Virus record (IMG/VR): IMGVR_UViG_3300022221_000265 | Span: 1-61,216 of that record | Reading direction: 5' to 3' (one strand) | DNA from: a virus | Lineage: Duplodnaviria; Caudoviricetes | Length of the DNA stretch: 61,216 bases | Part shown: piece by piece, positions 34,388 to 42,372 of the stretch | How positions within the stretch are numbered: position 1 is the stretch's first letter | Layout: every line of letters begins with the position of its first letter | The notes under the pieces: generated by a model | Databases searched by the model: none | What the model saw: the letters and a program-made list of their open reading frames with translations, nothing else | What the model was told of the DNA's origin: nothing | Program-made: the position numbers and the translations under genes

Positions 34388-34987
34388 TTAAGAACCGATC
34401 ACCTCGTTGAGGATCTCGTGCTGACGGCTGCCGTCGACCAGAGTCTCCATAACCGACGTCAGGCCTGCGTCATCCAGTGCGGTAAGTTTTTCGCGCCAGA
34501 CGTTTTCAACCATAGCCAGAGTGCCAGCATCGTCTTTGTAAACATCGAATTGATCATGCAGCTCCTGCAGTTCCATTTCCTGCAGGCTTGCGTGGAGCTG
34601 TTCGACGTTGCTCTCGATGGCCTCATCGACCCGGCGCAGTTTTTCGGCGGCAATAACCTGAGAAATACCAGAGCGTGGATTTTTCGATAGCTGCTCGCCG
34701 TCGTTGAGCTCGTCGAGTTGTTCAAGGGTTACGATATAAACACCCTCCTCGTTTTGCTCTGCGATCACTTTGGTAAAGTTTGGAATGCTGTTTTCCAGCA
34801 GGGCCAGAATGGCAGGGGCCGAGGCCGCTTTTTCTGTCTCAGGAGGTAACCCTTTTAAGTAACGATCCCGATCCTTTCCTTCCAGGTGGTCAGCGTCCAC
34901 CTCGCGAGTGCCACCGGGCATGATGGTGACCGGACCGACGTGCTTGGCAATGCCGGTGCTGTTATGTAAAGCAATTTTTTTACCCAT
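34388..34987 (-). CDS. Hypothetical protein following the capsid gene
   Basis: 199 aa ORF with an RBS. Confidence 0.7.
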   Translation of the reverse strand: MGKKIALHNSTGIAKHVGPVTIMPGGTREVDADHLEGKDRDRYLKGLPPETEKAASAPAILALLENSIPNFTKVIAEQNEEGVYIVTLEQLDELNDGEQLSKNPRSGISQVIAAEKLRRVDEAIESNVEQLHASLQEMELQELHDQFDVYKDDAGTLAMVENVWREKLTALDDAGLTSVMETLVDGSRQHEILNEVIGS

Positions 34988-35053
34988 GACTTTGTCCTTT
35001 AATTGATATGAACAAGGCCGCCCAGTGTCTGGACGGCTCGTGTTACGTCAGGC

Positions 35054-37645
35054 TTAACGGCCAGTGAAGCTATAAGCCAGCACAGAGGTCAGGCGGTTGC
35101 GGATAGGAGTGGGCACTTTGATCGCGCTGTACTCCTCGCCGTAGGCCTTTTTCTTGCCGATCAACTTGCCGGTGGTCGGGTTAACCGCTTCGACAGGCTG
35201 GCCCGTTACAAAAGGCTTAGCCACGGTATAGGTCAGCGTGCCGCGCTGGCCCATGATGGTGCGCTCATCGCCCAGGTCGACGCCCGGCGCATTGGTTGAC
35301 CAGGCATTAATACCCTTCACTCGATCCAGGTCACCCTGGGGAGTGGTGTCGGAGCCGTTGCGCTTGCTGTCCACCTCGAAGTTGTTGGCGTTGGTGGCCG
35401 TGTTGTTAAGGGTGTGACTCATTAACAGGAAGTCAGGCACCACATAACGATCCTGGGCCATTAATGCCTTACGCTCTCCAAAGGCACGCAGCAGGCCGTT
35501 AAGGTGCAGGCCGAGCTCGGTGCCGCCGTTGTCCAGGTCAAACTTGGCCACGTTGGTGGCGTAGCTATAGCTGATATCATCGGCGCCGGCTGTGTTTGGT
35601 GGATTGACGGGTGACCCAGTCTCATCGACAAACTGCACATACCCCAGGTTGTAGTTAGTCACCCGGTAATAGGTCGCAGCGGATTGTGTGCCGCTGCCGT
35701 CATAGGCTTGAATCGCTGCACCATTAAGGCGAACGGTGATGGCGTTTTCGGCTGAGCCGACGTTATTACCCTGCAGGTCTTTCTGCTGGTGTGGGCGGAC
35801 GATCGGATAGTTCGTCGTTTTAATGGTGCTGACAGCTCCCAGCTGACCATCAAAGCCCTCATTTACCACGTCAGTCGCCTGATAGGCGTCGGCACTGCGC
35901 TGCAGTTCATTGCAGATACGTCGAGTGATTAACTCGCGCACCACGCGGGCATTGCTTTCCACGTTACGAGCATAGGCATCCCAGTTAATCGCACTGGCAC
36001 GGGAGAAGTGGATCACCTCGTTAGTGATAATGAATGCCAATTTCATAGGCAGGATGTAAGCCAGATCCATGGCCTGCGAAACACTGGCCTCGTGGATGTC
36101 CTGTCCCTCGTAGACAATGCCATCATTCAACACGCCACTGGTGTCGCGGGTCTCGTAAGGGATGTCAGTTGTCGCTGTGGCGCTAAAGTTAGTCAGAGTC
36201 TGCACCAGTTCCAGCACGCGAAGATCCGACAGGGCCTCCATGATCACGGTACGCTGAAAACCTGCAGGCAGAGACGTGTCCGCGATGCCTGTTTCACCAC
36301 CGGCGAACTGTTTGGACTCATGAAAAAGCTTTGCGGCATTAATGCGATCAAACTCGGACAGGATCATCCGACAGAATGGAGGTAGTTTGTCCTCAGCTAA
36401 AAGCAATAGCTGGCCCGTGCCGTGGTGGCTGGTACCGCGCAGACCGTTAGCGATATCGTCCGACAGCTTTTTAATGCTGTTAGATTCATCAACAGAGATA
36501 TGCACCGTTCCGCCTCGGCTAGTTTCAAAGCCCATGCTAGACAGCTGCATCGATACGGCCATGTCGTTGCCGATCTTGATCTGGTTATCGGCCAGGCGTT
36601 TAACCTGGTCCGCTGTCATATCGGCGGTGATCACGTCAGCCGCTTCGCCCAGGGTCTTGCGCTGGTCTTCACTTAATGACTTGAGACCATCGGCCTCGGC
36701 TAGTGCATCAGTAAAGATCTTTATGTTGGCCTCACGCTTTTCGGCCAGCTGGGTGGCTTTGCTTTCATCGGCCTGTTTCTGTCTTTCCATTAACTCCAGG
36801 ACTTTGTCCTCAGTCATGCCGGTCTGGATATTCAGGCTTGAAAAGTCCAGTTTGATCTCATCACTGGCACCCTGGCCATTATCAGACAGCACTTTAGCCT
36901 GTGCAGCAAAGCCATCCATGACACCTTTGATGGCATCTTCATTATCACCCAGGGTCTTGGCTGTGGTTTCGAAGTTCTCAGCGAACTGCAGGACCACGCC
37001 CTCAGACAGTTTTAATTCAGACAGCCGCGTGCGCAGCTGTTTAAGATATTGTTCCCACATGGTATTGATCTCCTCAGATAGCAGACGCCGAGCTCTTGGT
37101 GTCAGGTTGACGGGTTTCTCGTCGTCATCGAATGAAAGTTGAACCGGATCGAGTCCTTTGACTCGCGGGCGAATGGTCAGGCCGGCACCAAACAAAAGGG
37201 CACCGTGTTTTTTTTCAGTTTCCGGGTGCAGGTAGTCCTCGGTGAAGTCCATGGACAGATAAATCATCCTGCGTTTAGTGACGGCTTCCACGCCGTACTC
37301 GGTAAACTCAACCTCGCCCCTGAATTTCTGGCCGTCCATAAAGATCTTTTTAATTTCTGCCGCTGCCCCTTCGCTGGGGTTGTGCGAGACATCAATAAAA
37401 ATCTTCTGACCATAAACGTCATCATTGAAGTTTTTGATCATCTGGTTGAATTTTTTATGAGTCAGTTCGACCTTTCCATACCATGGATCCCTGAAGGACA
37501 TGACACGGGCGAGGTTAACTATTACGGTGCGGTTCCCTTCTGCAAAGCGTTGCGCATCCACGCGGTCTGATAAAATGCGAATTGCTCCATCCGGAGCGGC
37601 ACTTTCAAACTTTAAACGTCTTGCCCTTAGTCCCATTTGCACCAC
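35054..37645 (-). CDS. Prohead protease/scaffold-major capsid fusion (start may be ATG 37636)
   Basis: Mu gpI-like protease (IDVSH...YLS.DF...GAGLTIRP), helical scaffold, C-terminal capsid-sized domain; no separate capsid gene found. Confidence 0.82.
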   Translation of the reverse strand: MVQMGLRARRLKFESAAPDGAIRILSDRVDAQRFAEGNRTVIVNLARVMSFRDPWYGKVELTHKKFNQMIKNFNDDVYGQKIFIDVSHNPSEGAAAEIKKIFMDGQKFRGEVEFTEYGVEAVTKRRMIYLSMDFTEDYLHPETEKKHGALLFGAGLTIRPRVKGLDPVQLSFDDDEKPVNLTPRARRLLSEEINTMWEQYLKQLRTRLSELKLSEGVVLQFAENFETTAKTLGDNEDAIKGVMDGFAAQAKVLSDNGQGASDEIKLDFSSLNIQTGMTEDKVLELMERQKQADESKATQLAEKREANIKIFTDALAEADGLKSLSEDQRKTLGEAADVITADMTADQVKRLADNQIKIGNDMAVSMQLSSMGFETSRGGTVHISVDESNSIKKLSDDIANGLRGTSHHGTGQLLLLAEDKLPPFCRMILSEFDRINAAKLFHESKQFAGGETGIADTSLPAGFQRTVIMEALSDLRVLELVQTLTNFSATATTDIPYETRDTSGVLNDGIVYEGQDIHEASVSQAMDLAYILPMKLAFIITNEVIHFSRASAINWDAYARNVESNARVVRELITRRICNELQRSADAYQATDVVNEGFDGQLGAVSTIKTTNYPIVRPHQQKDLQGNNVGSAENAITVRLNGAAIQAYDGSGTQSAATYYRVTNYNLGYVQFVDETGSPVNPPNTAGADDISYSYATNVAKFDLDNGGTELGLHLNGLLRAFGERKALMAQDRYVVPDFLLMSHTLNNTATNANNFEVDSKRNGSDTTPQGDLDRVKGINAWSTNAPGVDLGDERTIMGQRGTLTYTVAKPFVTGQPVEAVNPTTGKLIGKKKAYGEEYSAIKVPTPIRNRLTSVLAYSFTGR

Positions 37646-37655
37646 CTCATGCCTG

Positions 37656-37694
37656 AAAAAAGAAAAGCCGGATCCCTTTGCAGGGAGCCGGCTT
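37656..37694 (-). terminator. Terminator-like hairpin in the capsid leader
   Basis: AAGCCGGCTCCC-TGCAAA-GGGATCCGGCTT followed by TTCTTTTTT. Confidence 0.55.
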
Positions 37695-37746
37695 AATTCG
37701 CCTTGGCTTGCTTACGCAAACAAAAAACTGATTGTCAGTTTTGAGC

Positions 37747-37788
37747 CTAGAGAGCCACGTTCGACAAAAACAGGGCCAGAGAGGTTAT
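37747..37788 (-). promoter_or_regulatory. Late promoter box, copy 1
   Basis: ATAACC-N4-TGGCCCTGTTTTTGTC then TAGGCT; upstream of the capsid gene. Confidence 0.7.
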
Positions 37789-38105
37789 GGCTCGACCTTA
37801 AACACCGTCTCGATGTTGGCCAGGCGCTTGTCGGCACCAAAAGAGATCTCCAGCTTGCGTGTGTGATCGCCATCCATGGTGAAGTCTCCATCCTGGATGG
37901 TGTAAAGCACATGCTGATTGGCCAGATAAGTTTCCCCGTCGACAGTCAGATCGATCGGTCCTACCGACAGGCCAGTGGCCTGGGTGCGGTTAAAGTTCGT
38001 GCCATCCGGGCGGGTGATGGTCAGGCTCATGGCCGTCTGGCCGGTGAGGTCAAACTTGCAATTCAGCACCACGATCTTGCCTTTTTCGTTTTTTATGATG
38101 GGCAT
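37785..38105 (-). CDS. BppU-like beta-sandwich virion protein
   Basis: DLTG....LTITRPDG...YTIQDGDF..DG.H. Confidence 0.6.
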   Translation of the reverse strand: MPIIKNEKGKIVVLNCKFDLTGQTAMSLTITRPDGTNFNRTQATGLSVGPIDLTVDGETYLANQHVLYTIQDGDFTMDGDHTRKLEISFGADKRLANIETVFKVEP

Positions 38106-38106
38106 G

Positions 38107-39456
38107 TCAGCCTCCTGTGATGTCCGTTAATGTGGTGGCCAGGGTAGTCATGTCCCTCAGTTGCGAGTCCATGATCTCGTAAGTTGGCAGGCTCGCCACG
38201 GCTAGCTTGACCGTGGGGGCGATAGTGCTGGCAATGGCCGAGGCCGGGGCCGGCGTAATGCTGACGCTGCCCATGACCACCACCGGGTCCAGTGCCGAAC
38301 CACGGGCCGAGGCCGGGGTCGGGGTCAGGCTAACACTGCCACGAATAACGATCGGCGCCACACTCCGGGCGATGGCCGAGGCCGGGCTGGGGGTGATGCT
38401 AACACTGCCTAACACCACCGACGGCGCCACGCTGCTGGCAATGGCCGAGGCTGGGGTGGGTGTTTTGGTGATGCTGCCCGTGGTAATGACTGTCGGGGCT
38501 ACGGTGCTGGCAATGGCCGAAACCGGGGCCGGGGTGATGCTGACGCTACCCTTGATAACCGACGGTGCTACGGTGCTGGCAATGGCCGAAACCGGGCTGG
38601 GAGTAATGGTCACGCTTCCCCTTACCACCGACGGGGCCACACTGCTGACTATAGCTGAGGCAGGGGTCGGGGTGATGGTGATATCTGACGAAGACACTGG
38701 GACGCTAGTGCCCCTGGCTTTTAATACCTGATACTGGTCAGCGCGAAAAAGTAAATATTCCTCAATATCGAGGCACCGGCCCGTCCATATTGCCAGTGAG
38801 TAAACATTGCCAGACAGTTCAAAAGCAGTAGCCGGGTAGGTGTTCCAGCGGCAGCCAATAGATAAATTTACATTCAGGCGACTACTAATAACGGACGTTG
38901 ATCCCCCGTCTGATCCGTCATCCAGAAAAGAGGTTATCGAATTGGCGCCATGATCTCTGGCCATGCCTACCATGTGCTCGTTACCATCGGCCACGCTGGT
39001 GCTGCCGATGGACAAAGCTGTTGCGGCAGATCTAAACGTCAAGACGCCGGCTGACAGAAAAAACTGAAATTCCTCAATAGCCCCGTCGCGTTTGGCGCAA
39101 ATTGTGGAGTCTGTGTCACTGGTTTTTATCGTTGAAATGATCGAGAGTAAATTTCCCGAGGTATCGATATTGGTCCGGCTATTGGTGCCGCAGTCAATGC
39201 CGTCGCCCAGACCGTCGAGGGCAATGTGCGATCCACCACTATCCGATCCCCAGGCGGCATCTCCCACAAAGGAACCATGACTATTGCTGACATAGTCATA
39301 AACCAGTCCGGCCTGTTCGTTAATCAACCAGTACCCCGCCAGATTGTCATAAAAAAGATTGGTCGGATCGAGTTCGAGTTTCTGTAAGGGTTTTAAATTG
39401 CGAGAAAGCAGCGCCGGCGATCTTAGCCTTGCTCGGTAGCGATCGCGATTTAGCAT
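38107..39456 (-). CDS. LamG/ConA-like domain protein with 7 tandem 23-aa repeats (putative fibre)
   Basis: LAGYWLINE, LDGLGD.I, VADGNEHMV, LSIG; repeats SV.ITP.PASAIAS.VAP.V..G. Confidence 0.75.
   Translation of the reverse strand: MLNRDRYRARLRSPALLSRNLKPLQKLELDPTNLFYDNLAGYWLINEQAGLVYDYVSNSHGSFVGDAAWGSDSGGSHIALDGLGDGIDCGTNSRTNIDTSGNLLSIISTIKTSDTDSTICAKRDGAIEEFQFFLSAGVLTFRSAATALSIGSTSVADGNEHMVGMARDHGANSITSFLDDGSDGGSTSVISSRLNVNLSIGCRWNTYPATAFELSGNVYSLAIWTGRCLDIEEYLLFRADQYQVLKARGTSVPVSSSDITITPTPASAIVSSVAPSVVRGSVTITPSPVSAIASTVAPSVIKGSVSITPAPVSAIASTVAPTVITTGSITKTPTPASAIASSVAPSVVLGSVSITPSPASAIARSVAPIVIRGSVSLTPTPASARGSALDPVVVMGSVSITPAPASAIASTIAPTVKLAVASLPTYEIMDSQLRDMTTLATTLTDITGG
38200..38685 (-). 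repeat. Seven ~69 bp coding tandem repeats
   Basis: Visible in the DNA (recurring GGCAATGGCCGA) and in the protein. Confidence 0.85.
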
Positions 39457-39463
39457 GGGAGAA

Positions 39464-39865
39464 TTATCCCGCTGTGATCGGGACGCCGTTCAGGGTGGCG
39501 GTCAGGCCGTAGCCGATAGATTTTAGATAATAACGACAAGCTGGCGACAACAGTGGGACAGTCAAACGATATTGATCGGCTGTGGTTTTTACGCCTTGAA
39601 ACACGTTGATCAATTTGGGGTCGGAAAACTCGCCGGCGGTTTTTGAGCTGCTGCGGGCCTCGTAAAGTTCCACCCGAGTGGCTGTGGTGGGGGCAGTCGT
39701 CACGTCCAGCTCGATGTCCATGTCATGGGATCCCTGGGCATCTTTATCGGTACCCACAGAGAGATCCTCCGAGGCGACGACGATATTGCCGGCACTGCTT
39801 AAAGTGTCGGCCACCAGGGCGGTTGATGCCATCAATACCACCTCTGTTTTAAACGATTGAGGCAT
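39464..39865 (-). CDS. Hypothetical beta-rich virion protein
   Basis: ORF in the late cassette. Confidence 0.65.
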   Translation of the reverse strand: MPQSFKTEVVLMASTALVADTLSSAGNIVVASEDLSVGTDKDAQGSHDMDIELDVTTAPTTATRVELYEARSSSKTAGEFSDPKLINVFQGVKTTADQYRLTVPLLSPACRYYLKSIGYGLTATLNGVPITAG

Positions 39866-40347
39866 TAGCGTGCGTCTCCATACAGGGCCATGGCCAACTC
39901 AAGCCGGGATACCTTGCGCCCGAGAACAACCTCGGCTCGGCTGCCGTCGTTGCGCATGCCCAAGGCCTTAACGGCGGCATTGCTGGCGCCATATTTAACA
40001 GCAGGCAGGGCGGCATCAACCAGGGCCTGGTTGGTGCTGTCGTTCATATCCACCCCACTGCTCGCCAGGGTGATCAGGGTGTTAAGTTTTGCGGCCTCAT
40101 CAGCCAGCAGGGCATCAAAATCGGCCGGGGCAATCGCCTGCATGATGTCATTCTGCAGGGCCGCCACTCTGGGCACGATCTCGGCCCTGGGGGTGTTGAT
40201 TTCGTCCACCACGGCATTAAGGGTGCTGCCCTGGGCGGCCTTGGCCATGTCGGGCACTGGGCCATCCATAACAACGCTGTAACCGATCGCCTGGGGGTCG
40301 GTGACGACTTCATTATATAGGGCGGTTAACTCCTCGGGGGTGGCCAT
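39865..40347 (-). CDS. Hypothetical phage protein
   Basis: DPQAIGY...SRAEV motif; coupled ORF. Confidence 0.7.
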   Translation of the reverse strand: MATPEELTALYNEVVTDPQAIGYSVVMDGPVPDMAKAAQGSTLNAVVDEINTPRAEIVPRVAALQNDIMQAIAPADFDALLADEAAKLNTLITLASSGVDMNDSTNQALVDAALPAVKYGASNAAVKALGMRNDGSRAEVVLGRKVSRLELAMALYGDAR

Positions 40348-40350
40348 GGG

Positions 40351-40764
40351 TTAGTCCTGTGCTTTTGACTGCCTGAATTTCTGCAGGGCTTCCCAGTGCA
40401 GTAAAAACTCAAGTGATCCCTTTACGCCACTGGTGCCTTTTTCATCTTCTGCTCGCTCGGGCAGGTTGCGCAGGGCCCAGGCGTCGTTGGCTTTTTCGCC
40501 GGTGGGTTTTTCCTCGTCGTCCAGCAGCTGGGGGCTGATCAGCCTGAGGGTAAAGCCGGGGCCGATAGTCATTTTAAGATCGCGGGCCATGCAGCGGCGG
40601 GCCACTTCTACCCAATACTGGTTTTTGTCTACCCCTTCGCAGCACTCGGCCAGCTCGGCTAGATACTGAGGATAAACCACGCCGGGATCCACGATGACCT
40701 TGCCGTCATCATAAAGGGCAAAGTCTGGCAGGCGATCGATCTGTTCTTGTGTCAGGTTGCTCAT
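40351..40764 (-). CDS. Hypothetical phage protein
   Basis: Coupled ORF. Confidence 0.65.
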   Translation of the reverse strand: MSNLTQEQIDRLPDFALYDDGKVIVDPGVVYPQYLAELAECCEGVDKNQYWVEVARRCMARDLKMTIGPGFTLRLISPQLLDDEEKPTGEKANDAWALRNLPERAEDEKGTSGVKGSLEFLLHWEALQKFRQSKAQD

Positions 40765-41220
40765 TTAAGTGTCTCCCAGTCTAAATTCGGGATCTTGCAA
40801 GGTCAGGCTTTGACCCGAGGAAACCGTGACCGATGAACCCAGCGACATATGTCCGATGACCTGCGGGGCGACCTCGTCGTCACAGATCACCACATCGACG
40901 GCCGGGTTGCCTGCGCTGGGAATGGTGCCACCCGAGGCGTTCCAAACAAGATCTTTAGTCTGAATTAATGCCCGGTCGTTGGTGTCGTCCTCGGTCAGAA
41001 CGTCGAAGTCCGTCGCGTTACGGTTGAGGGCAAGCCCGCCGGCTGTGTAACCATTGCCAGCAGTGATCTCGGTCAACTCGGAAAAAAGGTTAGTGTCAGG
41101 ACCGGGGGCGACTGCGTTGGTAATTAACCGAGCAGAGAATCCCGTCGGTTCCTGGGTTACATCGGCGCGGAAGTATGCGGCTAAAAAGGCATACTTGCCC
41201 CGGTTGGTGATTCCTGGCAT
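40765..41220 (-). CDS. Virion structural/fibre subunit
   Basis: EITAGNGYTAGG...WNASGGTI...TVSSGQSLTL, a motif familiar from phage structural proteins. Confidence 0.65.
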   Translation of the reverse strand: MPGITNRGKYAFLAAYFRADVTQEPTGFSARLITNAVAPGPDTNLFSELTEITAGNGYTAGGLALNRNATDFDVLTEDDTNDRALIQTKDLVWNASGGTIPSAGNPAVDVVICDDEVAPQVIGHMSLGSSVTVSSGQSLTLQDPEFRLGDT

Positions 41221-41252
41221 GGCGGCCTCCGGCTATAAGCATTAGCCTGAGA

Positions 41253-41294
41253 CTAGAGAGCCAGGGTAGACAAAAACAGGGCCAGAGAGGTTAT
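41253..41294 (-). promoter_or_regulatory. Late promoter box, copy 2
   Basis: Near-identical 42 bp copy of 37747-37788; -10-like TAGTCT. Confidence 0.7.
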
Positions 41295-41296
41295 AA

Positions 41297-41452
41297 GTTC
41301 GGCGGTGGGTTTCGAACCCACGGACCCCGTAGCTTGGTTATCGATCAGGGTCACCCGTATAGCGCTATGAACTCGCGTGGTTGCATTTGGCCAGACGCTC
41401 CCTGTGCAGGGATTGCCCTCGGGTTTGTGCTCCCTCCTCTGCCACGCCGAAC
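41297..41452 (-). ncRNA. Enlarged tRNA-like structured RNA (156 nt)
   Basis: GTTCGGCG/CGCCGAAC terminal stem, T arm GTGGG-TTCGAAA-CCCAC, TGGCAGAG...TGGCCAAATGC split D arm; no clean anticodon arm, no CCA. Confidence 0.65.
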
Positions 41453-41462
41453 GGGTTAAAGC

Positions 41463-41645
41463 TTAGCACGGGCTATAAGTAACCGGTACCGGTGTCCAGC
41501 TTTTGCACCAGGTGCACTTGGCCATGCCGGTCCGGGGGTTCACCACGCGGGAACGAATCACCTCGCCATTAAAGATCGTCTTGTCGCAGTGTTGGCAGTT
41601 GACGGGGTCGGGAGAGGGTTGTGAGGCGGTCGCTGGCTGAGTCAT
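41463..41645 (-). CDS. Com-like zinc-ribbon protein
   Basis: CQHCDKTIF...AKCTWCK. Confidence 0.55.
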   Translation of the reverse strand: MTQPATASQPSPDPVNCQHCDKTIFNGEVIRSRVVNPRTGMAKCTWCKSWTPVPVTYSPC

Positions 41646-41649
41646 ATCA

Positions 41650-41934
41650 CTAAATCAATCCGGCTCTCTCTAGCTTTTTGTTCTGCCACCTCAATACACG
41701 AGAAAGATAGCGATCAAGTCTGCGAGTCCTTGCTTTATAGTTTTTCACGCCAATAAAAAATATTGTAAAGCCACGAAGTGGAAATAGTTTCTTATAGCCA
41801 TAATTCATTAGCTTTTTAGTTTTTAAGTTAAGTCGATCTACATACTCAACAATGCCAGCCCCTGCATCTGGGTCGCCTATAAGGTTGTCTTTTGACTTTA
41901 GTCTTATAAAAACACGAGGCTGGTTATTTTTCAT
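41650..41934 (-). CDS. Hypothetical basic protein (AT-rich)
   Basis: Coupled ORF. Confidence 0.5.
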   Translation of the reverse strand: MKNNQPRVFIRLKSKDNLIGDPDAGAGIVEYVDRLNLKTKKLMNYGYKKLFPLRGFTIFFIGVKNYKARTRRLDRYLSRVLRWQNKKLERAGLI

Positions 41935-42187
41935 TTTGTAAAGATAATTTTTTTAATACAGAACTAAGCTTATCCGCTGCCAGCTTGGCCAGTCGGATCT
42001 CTTTTTTAAATCCAGCTTTAAAAGCTCGAGTTAAATTTTCGAGGGCCATGCTGTTCTCTACCCTCTCCCTGGTAATGGTTCCGGCTGACAAATCCAGGAG
42101 AGCCTCGTCTGTCAGGTGGTCGACACACTCGCCGAGATAAGATCGCAATCGTCGAACAAGCTCAACCTGATCAATTTTATTTTTCAT
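41924..42187 (-). CDS. Hypothetical protein (MKNKIDQ start)
   Basis: 3' part of track ORF 41924-42298. Confidence 0.55.
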   Translation of the reverse strand: MKNKIDQVELVRRLRSYLGECVDHLTDEALLDLSAGTITRERVENSMALENLTRAFKAGFKKEIRLAKLAADKLSSVLKKLSLQNEK

Positions 42188-42362
42188 TTGCCAGCCTTTC
42201 CGTTTTCTTCGCCGTCTCCAGCCAGTCCTCTGCCTCTTTGATGGCCGCATCCACCTCGGGGTGGCTTTCATAGGTGGCCAGTTCATCCAGCCAGCCATTG
42301 ATCTCCTCGACAGTGGAATAAGGGCCCACTGGGGGATCGATGATCATTTCCTGTCTTGGCAT
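42177..42362 (-). CDS. Small acidic protein after MuF (possible immunity/partner)
   Basis: MPRQEMIIDPPVGPYS..., GGAGG RBS. Confidence 0.6.
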   Translation of the reverse strand: MPRQEMIIDPPVGPYSTVEEINGWLDELATYESHPEVDAAIKEAEDWLETAKKTERLANEK

Positions 42363-42372
42363 GCTGTCCTCC

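Noticed and set aside
38200-38685. CRISPR-like array
   Set aside because: The repeats are degenerate, in frame and spacer-less, and no cas genes are present.
22889-38731. Long plus-strand ORFs (22889, 25112, 29075, 36342, 38207 and others)
   Set aside because: Antisense shadows of GC-rich structural genes; 38207-38731 just mirrors the coding repeats.
41297-41452. Functional tRNA-Sec (TCA) or tRNA-Met (CAT)
   Set aside because: GTTCATAG is not closed by a proper 5 bp anticodon stem, the D arm is interrupted and there is no CCA.
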